From Moniliella sp. 'wahieum' (Eukaryota): a DNA stretch of 64,000 nt. How positions within the stretch are numbered: the stretch's first letter is position 1; each line of letters begins with the position of its first letter. The notes beneath the pieces were generated by a model. That model was given only the letters and a program-made list of their open reading frames with translations, did not search any database and was not told where the DNA came from. This document shows positions 1 to 13,586 of the stretch, piece after piece. The stretch lies in contig RSEE01000109.1 in the NCBI GenBank assembly GCA_003971905.1, positions 124,001 through 188,000 of the forward strand. The letters are read 5' to 3'. Position numbers and translations under genes: made by a program.

Positions 1-3000
1 TTTTCAGCCTCCTGCGCAGCACGCGCCAGCGCGGCAGCATGCTCATCTCCTTGGGCCAAGAGACGCTCTTCGCCCTCCTTCTGTGCCCCGCCAGCTCCCT
101 CTCGTGCGCCTCCCGAGCACCAGCCAGCTCCTTCTGTGCCGCAGCCTGGGCCGAGGCACGTTCCGCCGCTGATCCTGCGCCTGTCGCTGCGCATCAGACA
201 CTCTTGGCGCAGCTTGGTCAGAGCCGCAATGGAGCCTCCTCAGCCTCCTTGGCGTCGTCCTGCAGCGATGCAATCTGCCGCTTGTGCGCCGCATCGCGCT
301 CGACCAAGGCGGCCTGCAGGCCTGCCTCTCCCTTGGCCGCCTCGCGAAGGGAACGGTCGGCTTCTTCCGCAACCTTTTCAGCCGCGGCCAGGCGGCGGAG
401 CAGAACCTGATGCTCCGCGGCCAAACGGTCCTTCTCCTCCATGGCCAGGTTGAGGGCACGGTCGTGGTCCCGTTCCTTCTGAGCAAACTCGGCGCGGAGC
501 TGGTCGAGAGCCTTGTCGTGTTCGGCCGCTGCTGCTGGGCTGCTGCCTTGGCTTCCGAAAGGGCCTTCTCGTGCGACGCGGCTGCCACGGCCGCAGCACT
601 GACTGCAGCAGCCAGGGAAGCTTTGTGCTCCTCGCTCGTCTTGGCGTGCTGGGCCACCTGGGCACGGACCTCCTCCAAGGCCTGGAATGAGCTACTTCTG
701 TGTCCTTCGAGGCAATTTGGCCTGCTCCAGCGCGCAGCAAGAACAGTGGAATGCTTGTTCTGCAGAATCTTGGCTTCCTCCTCAGCCTGGGCGAGAGCCA
801 AGGCATGCTTCGCAGTGTTGGCGTCCGCTTCGTCCTTGGCGGCTTGGAGGGCGGCTTGATGCTCCGTTGGGCTTGCTCTGCCCTCGTCCCCGCTGCACCA
901 AGGTCCCGCTCAGCTCCTCCAATTGGGTTCGCAAGGCCTCGACAGCAGCGTGGTGCGAATCGGACGCCTGCTTCGCCTCGTCGACCGCAGCCAAATGCGG
1001 TCGGACGCCTGTGTTTCGCCTCGGCTTGAGCGGCCTTGTGCGCCGCCGCCGCCGCCTGGGCCTCGGACGAGCTTGCTCCAACTCCGCGGTAATGGCCGCC
1101 ATGGCCGATGCATGCTCCTCCGAGCCTGTTGCGAGAGAAGAGCATGTTTTTCCTTCAGCTGGGCCACTTCGGCCTCGTGTGCCTGGGCTTGTTTCTCGGC
1201 CTGTGACTGGAGCTTCGAGATGGCGGCCTCGTGCGTCTTTTGGACGCTGATGCGTCTTCCTTAGCAGCGTGCAACTGCGCAGCATGCTCCTTGGCGGCGG
1301 CGGCGGCCGCGGCAACAGCCACGGCAGTGGCCGCTTCTGCCTCGTGACGCGTTTTGTTCAGCTGAGACTCGAGGTCCGAAACGCGTTTCCTGCCTCGTCC
1401 CGCTCCGCCGTCAACTGCGCCACTAGGGCTCCAACTTGGCCATCTCGGCGCGAAGGGAGGTGAGTTCAGCTTGTACTTGGGCCAGCTCCTTCTCGAGGTA
1501 CAAGGCGCGATCACGGGCCTCTGTGAGAGCAAGATCGATGCGTTTCGATTCCGTCTGAGAAGCAGCGAGGGCGGCCTTGGTCTCCGTCAGCTCCTTCTCA
1601 GCTGCCGCGACGGAGGCTTGAGCTTGCTTCGTCTCTTCCTGGGAGAAGCGAGAGCATCCTCGTGTGTCTTAGCAGCCTTGGCGGCATCGGAGCGCAGTCC
1701 ATCCACGGCAAGGGCATGGGCCGCCACCTTTTCTGCCATGAGCTTGGCATGATCCTGCTTGGCCTCGTCCAGGGATTGGGTATGGGCATCGGCTTGGTCT
1801 TGCAGAGCACGGGCATGAGCCAATTTGACTTCGTCCAAAGTCGAAGCGTGAACTTGTTTGACATCCTCTAGTGTCCGAGCGTGACTAGCCTCCTTCTCTT
1901 GCAGGGCGCGGGAATGAACCTCCTCGGCCTCCTTGAGAGCCTGGGCATGGGCTTCGTTATGGTTCTGAAGATCCCGGGCGTGGTCCGTCCCTTCTCTTCA
2001 AGTGCCTTGATATGAGATTCCTCTCGCTCCTTCAAAAGAAGGGCATGTGCCTCGTCCTTTCTCTTGAGCGCGTTGACATGGACACAGCTGCTGCATCCTT
2101 CTCCTGCTGTGCCTGAGCTTGGGCCGAGGCAAGCTCATGTTCCAGTTGAGCCAAGTTCTTCTGGGCTTGGGCCAGATCAACCTCCAAGGTATGAAGACGC
2201 TCGACCTCGGCCTTGCTCGCAACCAGGTCCGCTTCAACGTGTTGAAGGCGAGTAAGATCGGTCTTGGCTTGCTCCAGCTCAGCGGTGAGCTCCTGCACTC
2301 GAACCGCGTCCGCCGCAGCAGTGGGGCCAGCCAACTCGCTCCTAAAGCCATGTTGGTGGATTCAAACGAGCCTTGCGAAGCGGTGCTAGTCTGCCGCCGA
2401 TGGAGCTGGCGCATCGACTTTCGTTGACAGGAAGATCGTGCACGTCTTCTTCTTCTTCGTGCTCATCAAGGGCGGGAGTGGCATTGTGCTCGTCCAGCGC
2501 ACGAATGGTCTCTTCAGTCGGGAGGCCAAGACGCTCACCCTCCGTCTCGTCCATGTCCACCTCAGGCTCATCGCCTGCCGTGCTGTGACCCGAAGAAGAG
2601 CCACCGGCCAAGCGACGAGCAAACTGAGGCTTGCGCCGTGGACTCGTAAAGATCCCACCTTTCAGGCGGTGCCGGGCCCGGACACCCTTACTGGGCTGGG
2701 AGTACGCTGGCCCCGCTGTGCTAGAGCAGCCGCGACATTAATATCCGTATCAGACTCTTCGCTGAGCTCGGGGCTCTGTAGCCCACTTTGAAGAGACCCC
2801 GTCGACGAGGCAGCACCCAACGCACGTAGCTTCGCCTCGAGCTTGCGGCGGAGCTCCGCCTCCTTAGCTGCGCGTCGGTTGGCCCGGGCCAAGCGCTGAA
2901 CATAGTCAGGGCCGTTGAGGTCACCGAGCAACTCCCCAACAGCGGGCGAGGCGTCAGTAAACCCAGATCGGACACTGGCAGGAGTGAAAGGTGTGCCTGG

Positions 3001-4778
3001 AGCGGCGTCCGAGTCAGATCTTCTGTGTCCTGACAGCGCCTCGCCCGAGGCCCTGCCGAGCGAACGTGGGGCCGCAATGGCCGCCTTGCGCGCCTCTGCA
3101 TCGGCACGATCGTTCGCCTTGTCCGCAGAACTTTGGGCGGCCGCTACATCGCGCTTGAGACCGGCGTTGGCCCGTCGGAGGTCCTGTACCATCTTATCCC
3201 GTGTCGTCTTAAACTGACTAAACTCGGTCTCAAGTGCCTCGCGTGCGGATTGCTCCCATCGGCCTTGGCTTGAGTTGCATTGAGATCGTCCTCAAGCGGC
3301 CAAGCTCGGCGTTAAGGCGATGCAAATCAGTGCGCAATTCATCAGCTTCATCCGAGACCTTTTGCAGCTGACCTTCCGTCTCGTAATGCTCTTCCTTGAG
3401 TACCTCTGTGAGCATCAGTGTTAGCGAGGCATGCGCACACGTACGAGAGAGGGGGGGGGGGGGGGGGGGGGGGGGGGGAAGACGTACCATTCTCGGTAAC
3501 AAGACGCTTGAACTGATTCTGCCAATCGTCGCGCTCCGTGATGAGGTCTTGCTGGTCACGCTCGGCTTGGTGAGCCTGGCGTTCAGCGGCTCGTGTAGCT
3601 TCACTCAACTGCTCTTCCAGATCACGGATGCGAGTTTGTGCAATGCGGAGCTGGTTGGTCAAATCAGTGGTAATGCCGTCGTTGAACTGCTGGTTTAAGG
3701 CAAGAGGACGGGCATCGCTGTTGCGCGTCCTTCGTGCTGCCTGACGGAGAGAGACCGCACTCGAGTCGAGGAGCGTGCCATCACTCCCATTCGCCCCGAC
3801 GGAGGGGTTGAGGGATGAAGCTGAGGCAGAAGCGTCAGCAAGGGAAAGGGATTGGTTGGGTGGGGACGAGGGAGAAGTGGAGGTGTGGGCACGGGCGAGA
3901 GAAGTGTAGAGCTGGGTAATGCGCGCTTCGTGCTCGGCCAGCTCTTGATCGACCCGGCGTGCGAGCGCAGGCAGGTCGGGCTGGACTTGACCAGGACGCG
4001 GGTGGTCAATGGCTTCGACTGCGTCGGCCAGCTGGGAAATGAGAGACTCGACTGCATTTTGCTGCTCCAGCAATCCCTGCCCGAGACCGGCATTGTGCGT
4101 CTCGGACAAGGCACGAGCATTCAGCGCCTCGAGCCGCTGCCTTGTGGCGCGAGCGAGGGCGACGTGGTCCGGGGCGGTGTCCGGCGTGGGAAAACGGATG
4201 TGGGGGGCAGGTTGGGCTCGTGCGCTGCTTCCGCCTCTGCCTCCGCGGCGGTGAAGCGTGTCTGGGTCGGCGTGGTCTTCGTCGCTGTCGCTGTTGGGCT
4301 GGGTAGGGTGGAGGTGCCAAGGGGCAGAGGACCGGAGCGGTGGCCTGTCTGGTCGAGAGCGGTCATGTTGCTGCTGGAACGCGGAATGCCGGCCGCCTGG
4401 CCACGCAAGTTGGAGATGGAGGGCACATGCAGCCGCTCCAGGCGAGGCCGAGACCGGCCTGGGCCATGGCAAACCCATGGGTTTCGGGGAGCTCGTCGGG
4501 TCCGAGTCGGCGTCGGAAGACTCGGTGTGCGGGGCGGACTCGAGGGTGGAGACGGAGTTGGTGGTAGCGACAGACGAGTTGGACATGGCGCGCTGTGGCT
4601 GCTGGTAGAAGGGAGAGGAGGCGGGGGGGGAAATCGACGCGGTCCCGCCCGCAGCATCGCCGGCGCCAATGCTGTCGTCGACGCTGTCGGCCGCCGCGCG
4701 CATCTGGGCGAGGGCGGCTGCGCCAGCGCGGGGGCCGAGGGTGGTGCCACCAGGGACACGACGCCGCGCGTCGGCCAT
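1..4778 (-). CDS. Large coiled-coil protein, Num1/ApsA-like (cortical dynein/mitochondria anchor); 3' end lies outside the window; frameshifted
   Basis: ATG at 4778. Intron 3406-3487 (GTACGT...GCTAAC...CAG) joins ...KRLVTEN-EVLKEEHYETEGQLQK. Segments RLEALNARALSETHNAGLGQGLLEQQ, AARRTRN...QQFNDGITTDLTNQLRIAQ and QDLRRANAGLKRD resemble the N-terminal coiled coil of ApsA/Num1. More than 3 kb of Ala/Glu/Lys/Gln heptad-rich sequence follows. The diagnostic C-terminal PH domain is not in the window. Confidence 0.55.
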
Positions 4779-5383
4779 GGCTGGTGGTGGGGGGGGGGGG
4801 GGAAGTGGTGGTGGTGGTGGTGGTCCCGCCAGAAGAGTAGCATCCGTCGCCTAACCCGCCAGCAGCGCAGTAATCGCGGTCGGCACTGCCCCCGCGCGGC
4901 CGTAGACGCAGCAACCCTACTGGGCTGCTGCCTCCATTCAACACACGCTGCATCACGTGACGCCATCTGCTCACATGGCACGCGTGCCTCCCCACCCGTC
5001 CACCCTCCACCCGTCCCCACCCGGACGGTGCCAGGCTATAGTCAGGCCACCATCGCATGTTCCTCGCTCCGACACGGCCTATCGCACAGTCACACCGCCA
5101 CGGCCCCATCGCCATCGCCAAGTGCACTTGGTTAATTGGCAAGGAGAGCCATCCAAACGAACGCAGATCCAAGGTGCCAGTCAACTTGGCTAATTAGGAA
5201 AGAGAGCAACCCAAACGAACGATGCAATTTGGTCAACAGGAAGAAAGAATAGCAAACATCAAACAAACAGACACAGCACAACGCCACAGGTGTGGCCCAC
5301 GCGATACGCGATACATAATAGGGAACTCGAAGAATGGGGAGGAGGGCAGGAAGGGGGGGGGCAGATCCACGGGGGTGCTGACA

Positions 5384-8351
5384 GCTAGCAGCATCACCAC
5401 GACCCGCCGTTGGTCCATTGGATAGCCGGCACAGGGATCCCACGGCCCCTGCTTGGGTTCACCACCATGATCTCTGACCGTGTGGACGGCGTGGCTGTCC
5501 CACCTTTTCCGGCGTGGCAACCTGGACCGCGGCAGGCGAAAAGGGCGAGGACGGGTGGAAGTAACATATTTGCGGCTCAAGGGCGCATCGGGATTGACCT
5601 TGGCCAAGCGGGTCCGCGCCGTGAGATGCACCAGCGGAGCGCGCTCCCCGTCCTCCACAAGGGGCGCAACCGTGGCGTGATGCGGGGACGCCTTACCTCC
5701 CTTGGACCGAACCAATGGGTGCTCCTCTCGCCAGATATCGTATTGTTCAGCCGGGTTGGTCGCTGCCTCCGCGCGCTCAGGCGTGAAGTTCTCGTCAAGC
5801 ACAGCACGCTGTGCCTTGACAGCGGCCAAACGTTCGCGAGCAAGTGACTTTTGGCGCTGTTGCCACCCGCCAGATCTGCACGTGCTTGGTCCTGCGCCTT
5901 CGGCTCGGCTTGCTTACGCTTCAGCTTGGCCGCTTGGACGCCGCCAGGCGCTGTTTCTTCTCAGCGGCAATTTTGGCCTTCTCATCTTTGGCCGCCTGCT
6001 TGGCTGCGGCCTTGCGCGCAAATCCGCCAGACGCTTCTTCTCGGACGCAGCATTGGAACGGGCCGCCTCGGCTTCGTCATCCAGCGCACTCCGTTGGCCG
6101 GACGTGGACTTGGCGGCACTCTGCGCCCGCTTTTTCTCTGCCTTCTCCCGCTGCTTCTCTTCCGCATCGGACCTCCTCAGCAGCCCAGTCAGTCGCTTGC
6201 TCGCCGTCTTGTCGGCACGCAACGCGGCGCGGTCTTCGTCCGTCACTATCAATCGTTGTTCGTCAGTGTTTCCGCACATCAGCAAATAGAGAAGAGTAGC
6301 AATACACACCACCATCCGTCCCGCCCGACGACAAATTCTCCGCAACCGCGAGGTGTTGACCGGATGCGGCTCGGCGGTTTGGTCCGCATCGGACTCGGGC
6401 TCCGTCAGGCCCACCCCGTCCGCTAAGGCATCCGCACCCGACTTGTTCCGGTGGACCTCATCGTCTTCCGAAGCCGATGCGTCACCGACCTGGGCCTCGT
6501 CAAATGCAACAGCCGCTTCGGGCGTGGACTTAGCAGGGGCAGTCTGCGACTCGGCAGGCTCAGCCAAGGCAGAATCCGCATGCTCGAAACCTGGGGCAGC
6601 CCCAGGGCGGAAGCCGTGCCAGCCGCCGTGGCACCAGCTGCAAGGCTCTCCACTTCGCGGGTAGACTCCAGCGACGATTTCGGAAGCGCTCCCCCGACTC
6701 CTCCAGTTCTTCTGCTTGAGGGAAAAGTTCCCTTTCCATCTCGGGCTCGTCCACAGCAGCAAAATGGTGCCCTGCGGGGCCGACGGGCGGCGCAATGAAA
6801 GCAGTTCCGCCTCTCCCTCCGATTCTTCGTTCAGTTCGGGCTCAGCCGGCTTCACCTCCTCCGATCCGGGCTCAGCAGCCGTCAGGTCTTCATATTCAGG
6901 TACGGTCTTCGCCACGGTCTTCGCCTCGGCTGGATCATCCACGGTAGTGAAATGCCCAACCGCGCCAACGGGGCTTGCAAATGGCACCGTCAGCTCTTCC
7001 TCGGGTTCTTGGCGAGACGACCAAGTATCGTCCGAATGAGCATCGTCCTGGTCCTCGACAGCTTCAGACTGAACCTGGGCTGGAGCCTCCGTGGTGTTAT
7101 CGGTCCCCTCGTCGTTTCCACCTTAGCAGTCTCCTCAGCCTCCTTGGCCTCCTTCTCCTTCTTTGCGGCCTCAGCCTCCTTGGCTTCCTTCTCCTTCTTT
7201 GCGGCCTCACGCTCCTCGGCCTCCTCTGGATCTTAGCCCGCTTCTCTTCTTCTTCCTGCTCCTTCTTCGCCGCCTTTGCCGCTTTTTCCTCGGGGCAAGA
7301 CGCTTGATGGCATACGCTCCCGCTCCGCAATCCGACTTGGCGCTAGCGGGTTGGGCTGGAAACGCGTGTCGGGATTAGCGACCGTCACTGGTCCCAGCAC
7401 TTTGGGGGCAGCCGATGCGGCACTCGACTTGGTAGGAGCCGGGGACGCCTTGGACGCCTTCTTGCTACGGAAACGGCTGAAAAATCCTTTCTTCTCCTTC
7501 TTGGGAGGCGGTGCCTTGGGGCAGGAGCAGGTTTAGAAGGCGCTTCCTTTTTGACGGTCATAGACTTGGGAGCCTGTTGGACGGTTTTCGCGGCTGGCGT
7601 TGACGCTTTGGGTGCCGCTGCCTTCTTGGATTCTTGGGTCTTTTGCGGTTCCTCGGACGCCTTGGCAGCTGGTGCCGCCTCGGACTTCTCCTCTTTGACC
7701 TGCGAAACCTCTGACTCGCCCTCCTTAGCATTCAGAGGCTCAGGTTTGGTCTCTTCCGCAGCCTCTGCAACTTTGTCTTCGGGAATGACATTTTCGTCCT
7801 TGGCCTCCGGCGCACCCTTGGTACTTTGGACAGGATCCTTGACGGCTTGGGAGAGACCCTTCGCCTCCGCCGTGGCTCAGTTCTTCCGTCTCGTTCACAT
7901 TGGAGAGGCTGTCTGCTTTCTTCTCGGCCACGGCCGCTTGATCGGCCGTTGTAGTGGGTACAGCCGCGGGTTTGACCACATCAACGGTATCGCGGTTCTG
8001 TGTCAGAGGAAGGACCGGTTCCTCTCCCTTCCCTCCGCAACGCCATGACCGTGGCTGGTGGCCTCTTCTTCGTCTGCGGTGGACACAATACCAGAAGCCG
8101 ACTCCTGCCCCGTGGCCTCGTCGATGAGGACGACGTTGAAGGTGGCATAATCGATTTTGGTAACAGTGTAGAACGGTTGCTTGGTCTTGCTGGCGGCGAG
8201 GGCAGCGGCTGCCCGGCCTCGTTGGTGGGCACCGGGGCTTCGGCGCGGTGGAACTGGGTAAATGCTTTGACGGCCTGCACGGCGTTCTCTCGTCGTCGGC
8301 AGGCACCTGGGCCTTGACGCCGTCGACAACAAGCGACTTGGTTGCGGTCAT
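5384..8351 (-). CDS. Hypothetical low-complexity Glu/Lys/Ala-rich protein; frameshifted, stop position approximate
   Basis: ATG at 8351 after a pyrimidine-rich leader (MTATKSLVVDGVKAQVPADDE...KQPFYTVTKIDYATFNVVLIDEATG). Coding-like minus-strand ORF fragments run continuously. Probable intron ~6246-6309 (GTGTGT...CTGAC...TAG). Internal 36-bp tandem repeat near 7135-7208 encodes EAAKKEKEAKEA. Confidence 0.5.
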
Positions 8352-8960
8352 GGGGGGGCGACGACGAGAAGCAGAGGTGGGCTGGGCTGGGCAGATGGAC
8401 GGAGGCCAGGAAGGCCGCTGGTTCGACCCTTTTTCGAGCACCCGCGTGCGGAAGGCGCAGGCGACGCCAGTACTATAACAGACGCACGGGCCGCTGTCGT
8501 CACCGCACGCGTCCTACCAGCCGAACGCCCCAGCTGAGCAGCACAGGAGCAGTGTGTCCTGATAAGAAACCCATGACGTAGGGCTGTCGCAGCGCCTTGC
8601 AACACGCCCCCGTGCCTTGCCCCGAGATCATGCATCACACATCATGCATCCCCACATGACACCTGGTCACGTGCTGCATGAGGTCACCAGGGCCGAGCTC
8701 AGCCTGAGTTCGCAGTCTCCAGCGACGCGGCCGGCAGATCCTCTCCATCATCGACATTATCGACCCTCGGCAGTTCGATTTTGAGGGTTCAATCCGTTCC
8801 CGCCCGCATCTCCACCGCCCCGCTAGCCTCCCTCGCTCCTCACCCGCGGCGATCGGATCGGCGGAACCATCCTTTAGGTACGTCGGTATGCAGCACCCAT
8901 CCAGGCATCACGTGCATCACGGAAAGTGTGTGGTCTGCAAAACAAAACTGAAAGCGGGGA

Positions 8961-9011
8961 TGACTAGTGACTAGTGACTAGTGACTAGTGAACTAGTGAC
9001 GCTAGAGTGAC
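8961..9011. repeat. Heptamer tandem array (TGACTAG)x4 plus degenerate units
   Basis: tgactag tgactag tgactag tgactag tgaactagtgac, read directly. Confidence 0.95.
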
Positions 9012-9191
9012 TTCTGGTGTGCCATCATGACCGCCCCGATATAATACGCCTTTTTGTTTTGTAGGCCTGTCTGCAGATCTTATAGGATGGACCTTATCCA
9101 TTACCTCCATCTCGTGGTGCTGCTCAATTGGAAGTGGGGGGCACCACAGCCCCCTTCCCCTTGTCAGGATGCCGCGCACAAACGCTATACC

Positions 9192-9218
9192 TGATCGATG
9201 ATCGATGATCGATGATCA
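9192..9218. repeat. Heptamer tandem array (TGATCGA)x3+
   Basis: tgatcga tgatcga tgatcga tgatca. Confidence 0.95.
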
Positions 9219-10129
9219 GGAACCTATGTGGTCCACAGTTGAGAGCATTCACGAAAAAACATCTCAACAGAGGGGATCAATATTCAATGGTGAAGGATGC
9301 AGAGCACTCCTCTGCTCAAGAAAGTGTTTCGTTGCGTTGCTCCTTGGCACTGCTGTTCTCATGACTGCGTAGTCACACCAAGATTGGGCTACTGTGTAAT
9401 GGATTCACCCGATACGACCATTGTTGTGGGGGGCACTACGAGTAGTAGGCCGGTAAAGCAGTTATAAAGGGCCTCTCTCGCCGCCGCTCCCGACCGTTGC
9501 CGTTCACACTCTCGAGAGTATTCTGCTTCTTGTTCATGCCCAGCCAGTCGGCATACCCGTCAGTCCAGTTGTCGATAAAGAAGTCTGGTTGTCCGGTTGT
9601 GAGCGGTTAATACATGCTCGGTTAAAAGCACAATAAGTTGTTGGCGAGGGCGGGGCCCTAACGCGTTGCAAGGTGCCTTTCTTTGCGTACGACACATTCA
9701 CTCGTTCGGCATCACCCCTCCCTCCCCCCTTGCCACAACCCCTTCTCTTCGCCCTTTCTCTCTTCTGCCTCTCTCGATTTGTTTCTTGAATTCCAAGCCC
9801 GAGCCATACACGGGAGGAAATGGAAGAAATGGGGGGGGCAAGGAGAACTGCGGAACACACGTGGCCCAGTCCTCTGCTCTCTCACCAGGGACCCTTCTCC
9901 TGCCACAGTGGCAGAAGAAGAAATATGAAGAGGACCCGCCATATATCATGATGTATTATAGTGTTTGGGAACAAACCTCTCCAACTCTCATTTCTCCCAG
10001 GTTCCGTCCATCCTCCGGGTCGGTCACCCAACAGGGTATGGCCTATATTAATGCGAGAGCGAGTTATAGCTGGAAGCACTTTACCCCCCCTTTCCTAGTA
10101 CGGGTGCCCTAGTAACTGTGTGTTGCTAA

Positions 10130-11015
10130 TGTCACGGGCTGCAGCGGACCCGCGAGATGGTCCGATCCACTGCGCTAAGGCCCACCTGCTCCGCACATAC
10201 CCAGTAGAGTGTGCTCTGCAGGCCAACTAAGTGTGATGATCGTTGGCTAAATTACTAAGTACCGTGGCCGAAGGGCCATGCACCCGCGCGACAATAGTTG
10301 CCCCCCGCCCAAGTCCAAGTCAGCTGGGTCTTAATAAGGCCACCGAGCTTCCAGTGCCGTGGCGACGTCTGTCGCCCGTCCCGTTTTCCTTTTCCTTCTC
10401 GGTCGCACTGTGGCGACCACCCGTCCCTTTTTTGATATGTCTTCCTTTTTCAACACCCCTTCTGTATCCTTTTCCCTTTTGATCTTGCCTGTACTGATGA
10501 TGGGGATCCTTTCCCTCATCTTCCACTCTCGTCCACTCTCGTCCCCTCTCTCGTCACTCTCGTCTACCCCCCGCCTCGCATATCTATCCGACTCCGACCG
10601 TTTTCCAGCCAATTGATCCAGTACAGGAGCTTCCTCTTGTTAGCGTCCGACACCTCCTCCGACCTCGTCCTCCAGCCATTTGTCAGTCCAGTCGCGCGAG
10701 CCCTCCTCTGGCCGCGTCGATTTCCAGTCTCAGTTGAGGTAGTATTGACGCCGCTGCTCCTCCTCCCGTCCCTAAGTCCCGGAGGCTTCAGACACGTACT
10801 ATGGCCCAGCCGGTGCAGAACCCAACCTTGCCACACGAACAGCCGCCCCACCAAAGGCCTCTCCTCGTCCCTAGCTCCGCTCGGATCCACCAATCAGCCC
10901 AAGCCCGAAACTACCGTGAGTCGACCTACCGTCGCCTAAGGGATTGTACCCAAAACCCCAGGGCGGGCCCCCTGGCGGCGCCCGCCGTGACATAATGGAA
11001 GGTCGTTCCGTGACA
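10130..11015. mobile_element. Putative solo LTR (886 bp)
   Basis: Starts TGTCACGG (10130) and ends CCGTGACA (11015): TG...CA with 8-bp terminal inverted repeats. Flanked by GCTAA (10125-10129) and GTTAA (11016-11020), a 5-bp TSD with one mismatch. Non-coding interior with TTAATAA and a long pyrimidine-rich tract. An alternative end GCCGTGACA lies at 10992. Confidence 0.65.
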
Positions 11016-11657
11016 GTTAATGTCACTGCACAGAGAGTATCTACACGCCGGAAACACACCATAGCACGGACCACATCTACTGAGATATCTAAAGGTTTTC
11101 CCAACCTCTGGATGTAAATTCGATCAAGTGCTCTGCGAGTCGAATCAATGCCCCCCCCCCACCCGGGGCAAAACATGACAAAAACACAATAGCACAGGCA
11201 AGTCGAGCCGAGGCCGACAGTCCAACATAACCCGGCGTCTCGATGCATCTCGACATTTGATAGTCGGTGCCAGCACGGGATATAGCAGCAGGCACTCAGT
11301 ACTCACGTGTCAGGTGTGACGGCATGTCACATGTGATGTAGCGTGTCACACGAGTCTACCAATTGTTAATTCCGACCCCAACCAGCCCACGCCGAGCCCA
11401 GCAGGCAGGAGACCACTCTTGAGGGATTTTGCCATGGAGAAGCCATCTCCTGCCGGCTTGTGCCGCCAACGCCGCACCTCGAACACCTCGGTCCACGCAC
11501 CCGGCCAGTGTCCGCGCCCCCGTCCTGCCACATGCCAGGACTCTAGGACCACCCGCTATCAGCACCCGATGGCCCTGGATTGTGTTTCGTTCCCGACGGA
11601 GGTCCGGTCTGGGTGCTTGCGAGCGTGGCTAACGTTCTACCGCCATCGCGTTTGCTC

Positions 11658-13586
11658 ATGGCCAAGCTCATGGCCAGCTGACTCGGCTTGTGGGGCGCTA
11701 GCGCTGGGCCAACGCTGTGGCCGCGCATTTTGTGGCCGCGCCGACCAACGTGACGACCCAAGTGGGCTTTGCCAATGTAAGCGGCACTACAAGCAGTGGC
11801 CGCCGGGCATCTGCGAGGTGCGGGAACACGTCAAGTCCTACTCGGCTTTGCCGAGGTGCGTCCGGGCCAAACATCTTCTTTTGGTTCTTTGAGGCGCGCC
11901 AGGCCGACCCGCTCAACCGCCGAGCTTGCGTCGGATCAATGGCGGGCCGGGCAGCTCGTCGGAGATTGGGCTGTTCCAAGAACTTGGGCCGTGTCGTGTG
12001 ATGCCCAACGGGACGCTCGTCGACAATCCGTATGCGTACTCGGAGGTGGCCAACATGCTGTTTATTGACCAGCCCGTCTCGACCGGCTTCTCCTTTGCGG
12101 ATCCCACGCCAGGGTACTTGAGTGCGGGGGCAACCTGATCAGCTTGCCCTCGGAGGTATGCCCCGACTATGCCCAGGCGCTCGGAACGTGTGGCACCTAC
12201 TCGTCTCCCAACATCCTCACATCGCCCAACTCGACTGAGGCGGCCGCTTCGGACTTTTACCTTGCCCTTCAGGGCTTCCTTGGTGCCTTTCCCGAGTACA
12301 AGCGCGACCGTTTCCACTTTGCCACCGAGAGTTACGGAGGGCACTATGGCCCCCTCTTTTCGCACTACATTCAACAGCAGGCCCGTGCCAACTTGACTGG
12401 TCACCATCCGATCCAGGTTGGGACGCTTACGATTGGCAATGGGTGGTTTGACCCAGTGATACAATACGAGGCGTACTACCTGTTTGCCAAGGACAACTTT
12501 TACTTTGGTACCGGCCTCTACAATGATTCCTCTCTTGCTCAGCTAAAGAATGCAGTGTATGGCAAGGGCAATTGCCTGGATCAGATTCGGCAGTGCTCCC
12601 ATGTGGGCACCCCTGAGGTGTGCTCGGTCGCTGATCGCTTCTGTGCCACCGAGGTGGAAGAATTCTTTGAGGCAGTGACTGGCCGTGATGAGGTACGTCC
12701 CATCCTCTCTCCTTCCCTACTTTTCTTTACCCTCCACCCGCGTGCAAAGAGTTAGATGTCAGAGACTAACAGACGTCGTTTGATGTGTACATGTGTGTAT
12801 CGGGGGCACCAGTACGATGTACGGGAACTGACACCCGACCCCTTCCCATATTCCGCCTACATCGCGTACCTCAATCAGCCTCATGTGCAGCAAGCCTTGG
12901 GTGTTTACACCAACTTTTCCGAGTCGTCGGTGGTGGGGGCAACGCCTTTGACTCGACAGGTGACGATGGACGCGAGTCAGGGACGGTGGAGGAGGTGAGG
13001 AGGCTGATTGAGGACGGTGTGTATGTATCGATGCTGGAAGGCGATGCGGACTACAACTGTGGCTGGTACGGCGTGTGGGGGGTGGCGAACCTGCTCAACA
13101 TTTCCGGTTGGCACAACGCCGGGTTTGCCAATGTCTCGACGGAGGATGGGGTGGTGCATGGCGAAACGAGACAGGCGGGCAACTTTGCGTTTACGCGTGT
13201 GTTTTTACTCGGGACACGAGGTACCGTTTTACCAGCCGCTGGCTGCGCTTACCCTGTTCAACCGCACCATCCACGGAGTGGCACTGGAAGATGGAAAGGT
13301 GGAGGTAGCGAGCAACCCCACCTACCGCACCGAAGGCCTGGCCTACCCGACCTTCTACGAGGGCAACCGGACCGTGCAGTGGAACGTGACAAGGCCAGAT
13401 GCAACCTACAACACCACCACTGGGGCGCCCGATGCGGTGGCGGAGGAGAAAAAGGAGGAGGAGCATGCTGTTGGGGGGTGTACGGCCCAGCAGAGCGAAG
13501 AGGCGGCGGCGCTGGACAGCCTGCTGCGTCAACCGAGCTCTGCAGGCGGCAGCGATGGGCAGGTGATGAGGGTACAGGCGGCGTAG
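11658..13586 (+). CDS. Secreted serine carboxypeptidase, family S10 (carboxypeptidase S1-like); frameshifted
   Basis: Motifs NGGPGSSS, FIDQPVSTGFS, ATESYGGHYGP (catalytic Ser), IGNGWFDP, EGDADYNC (Asp) and SGHEVPFYQP (His). Hydrophobic N-terminus. Intron 12693-12812 (GTACGT...GACTAAC...CAG). Stop TAG at 13584-13586. Confidence 0.93.

Noticed and set aside
8003..8200. CysN/EF-Tu domain-III-like motif (FNVVLIDEATGQESASGIV)
   Set aside because: The resemblance is short and there are no GTPase motifs anywhere in the gene.
9422..9740. Possible LTR TGTTGTGG...CCACAACC containing a TATA box
   Set aside because: Does not end in CA and has no TSD. Mentioned only as part of the debris region.
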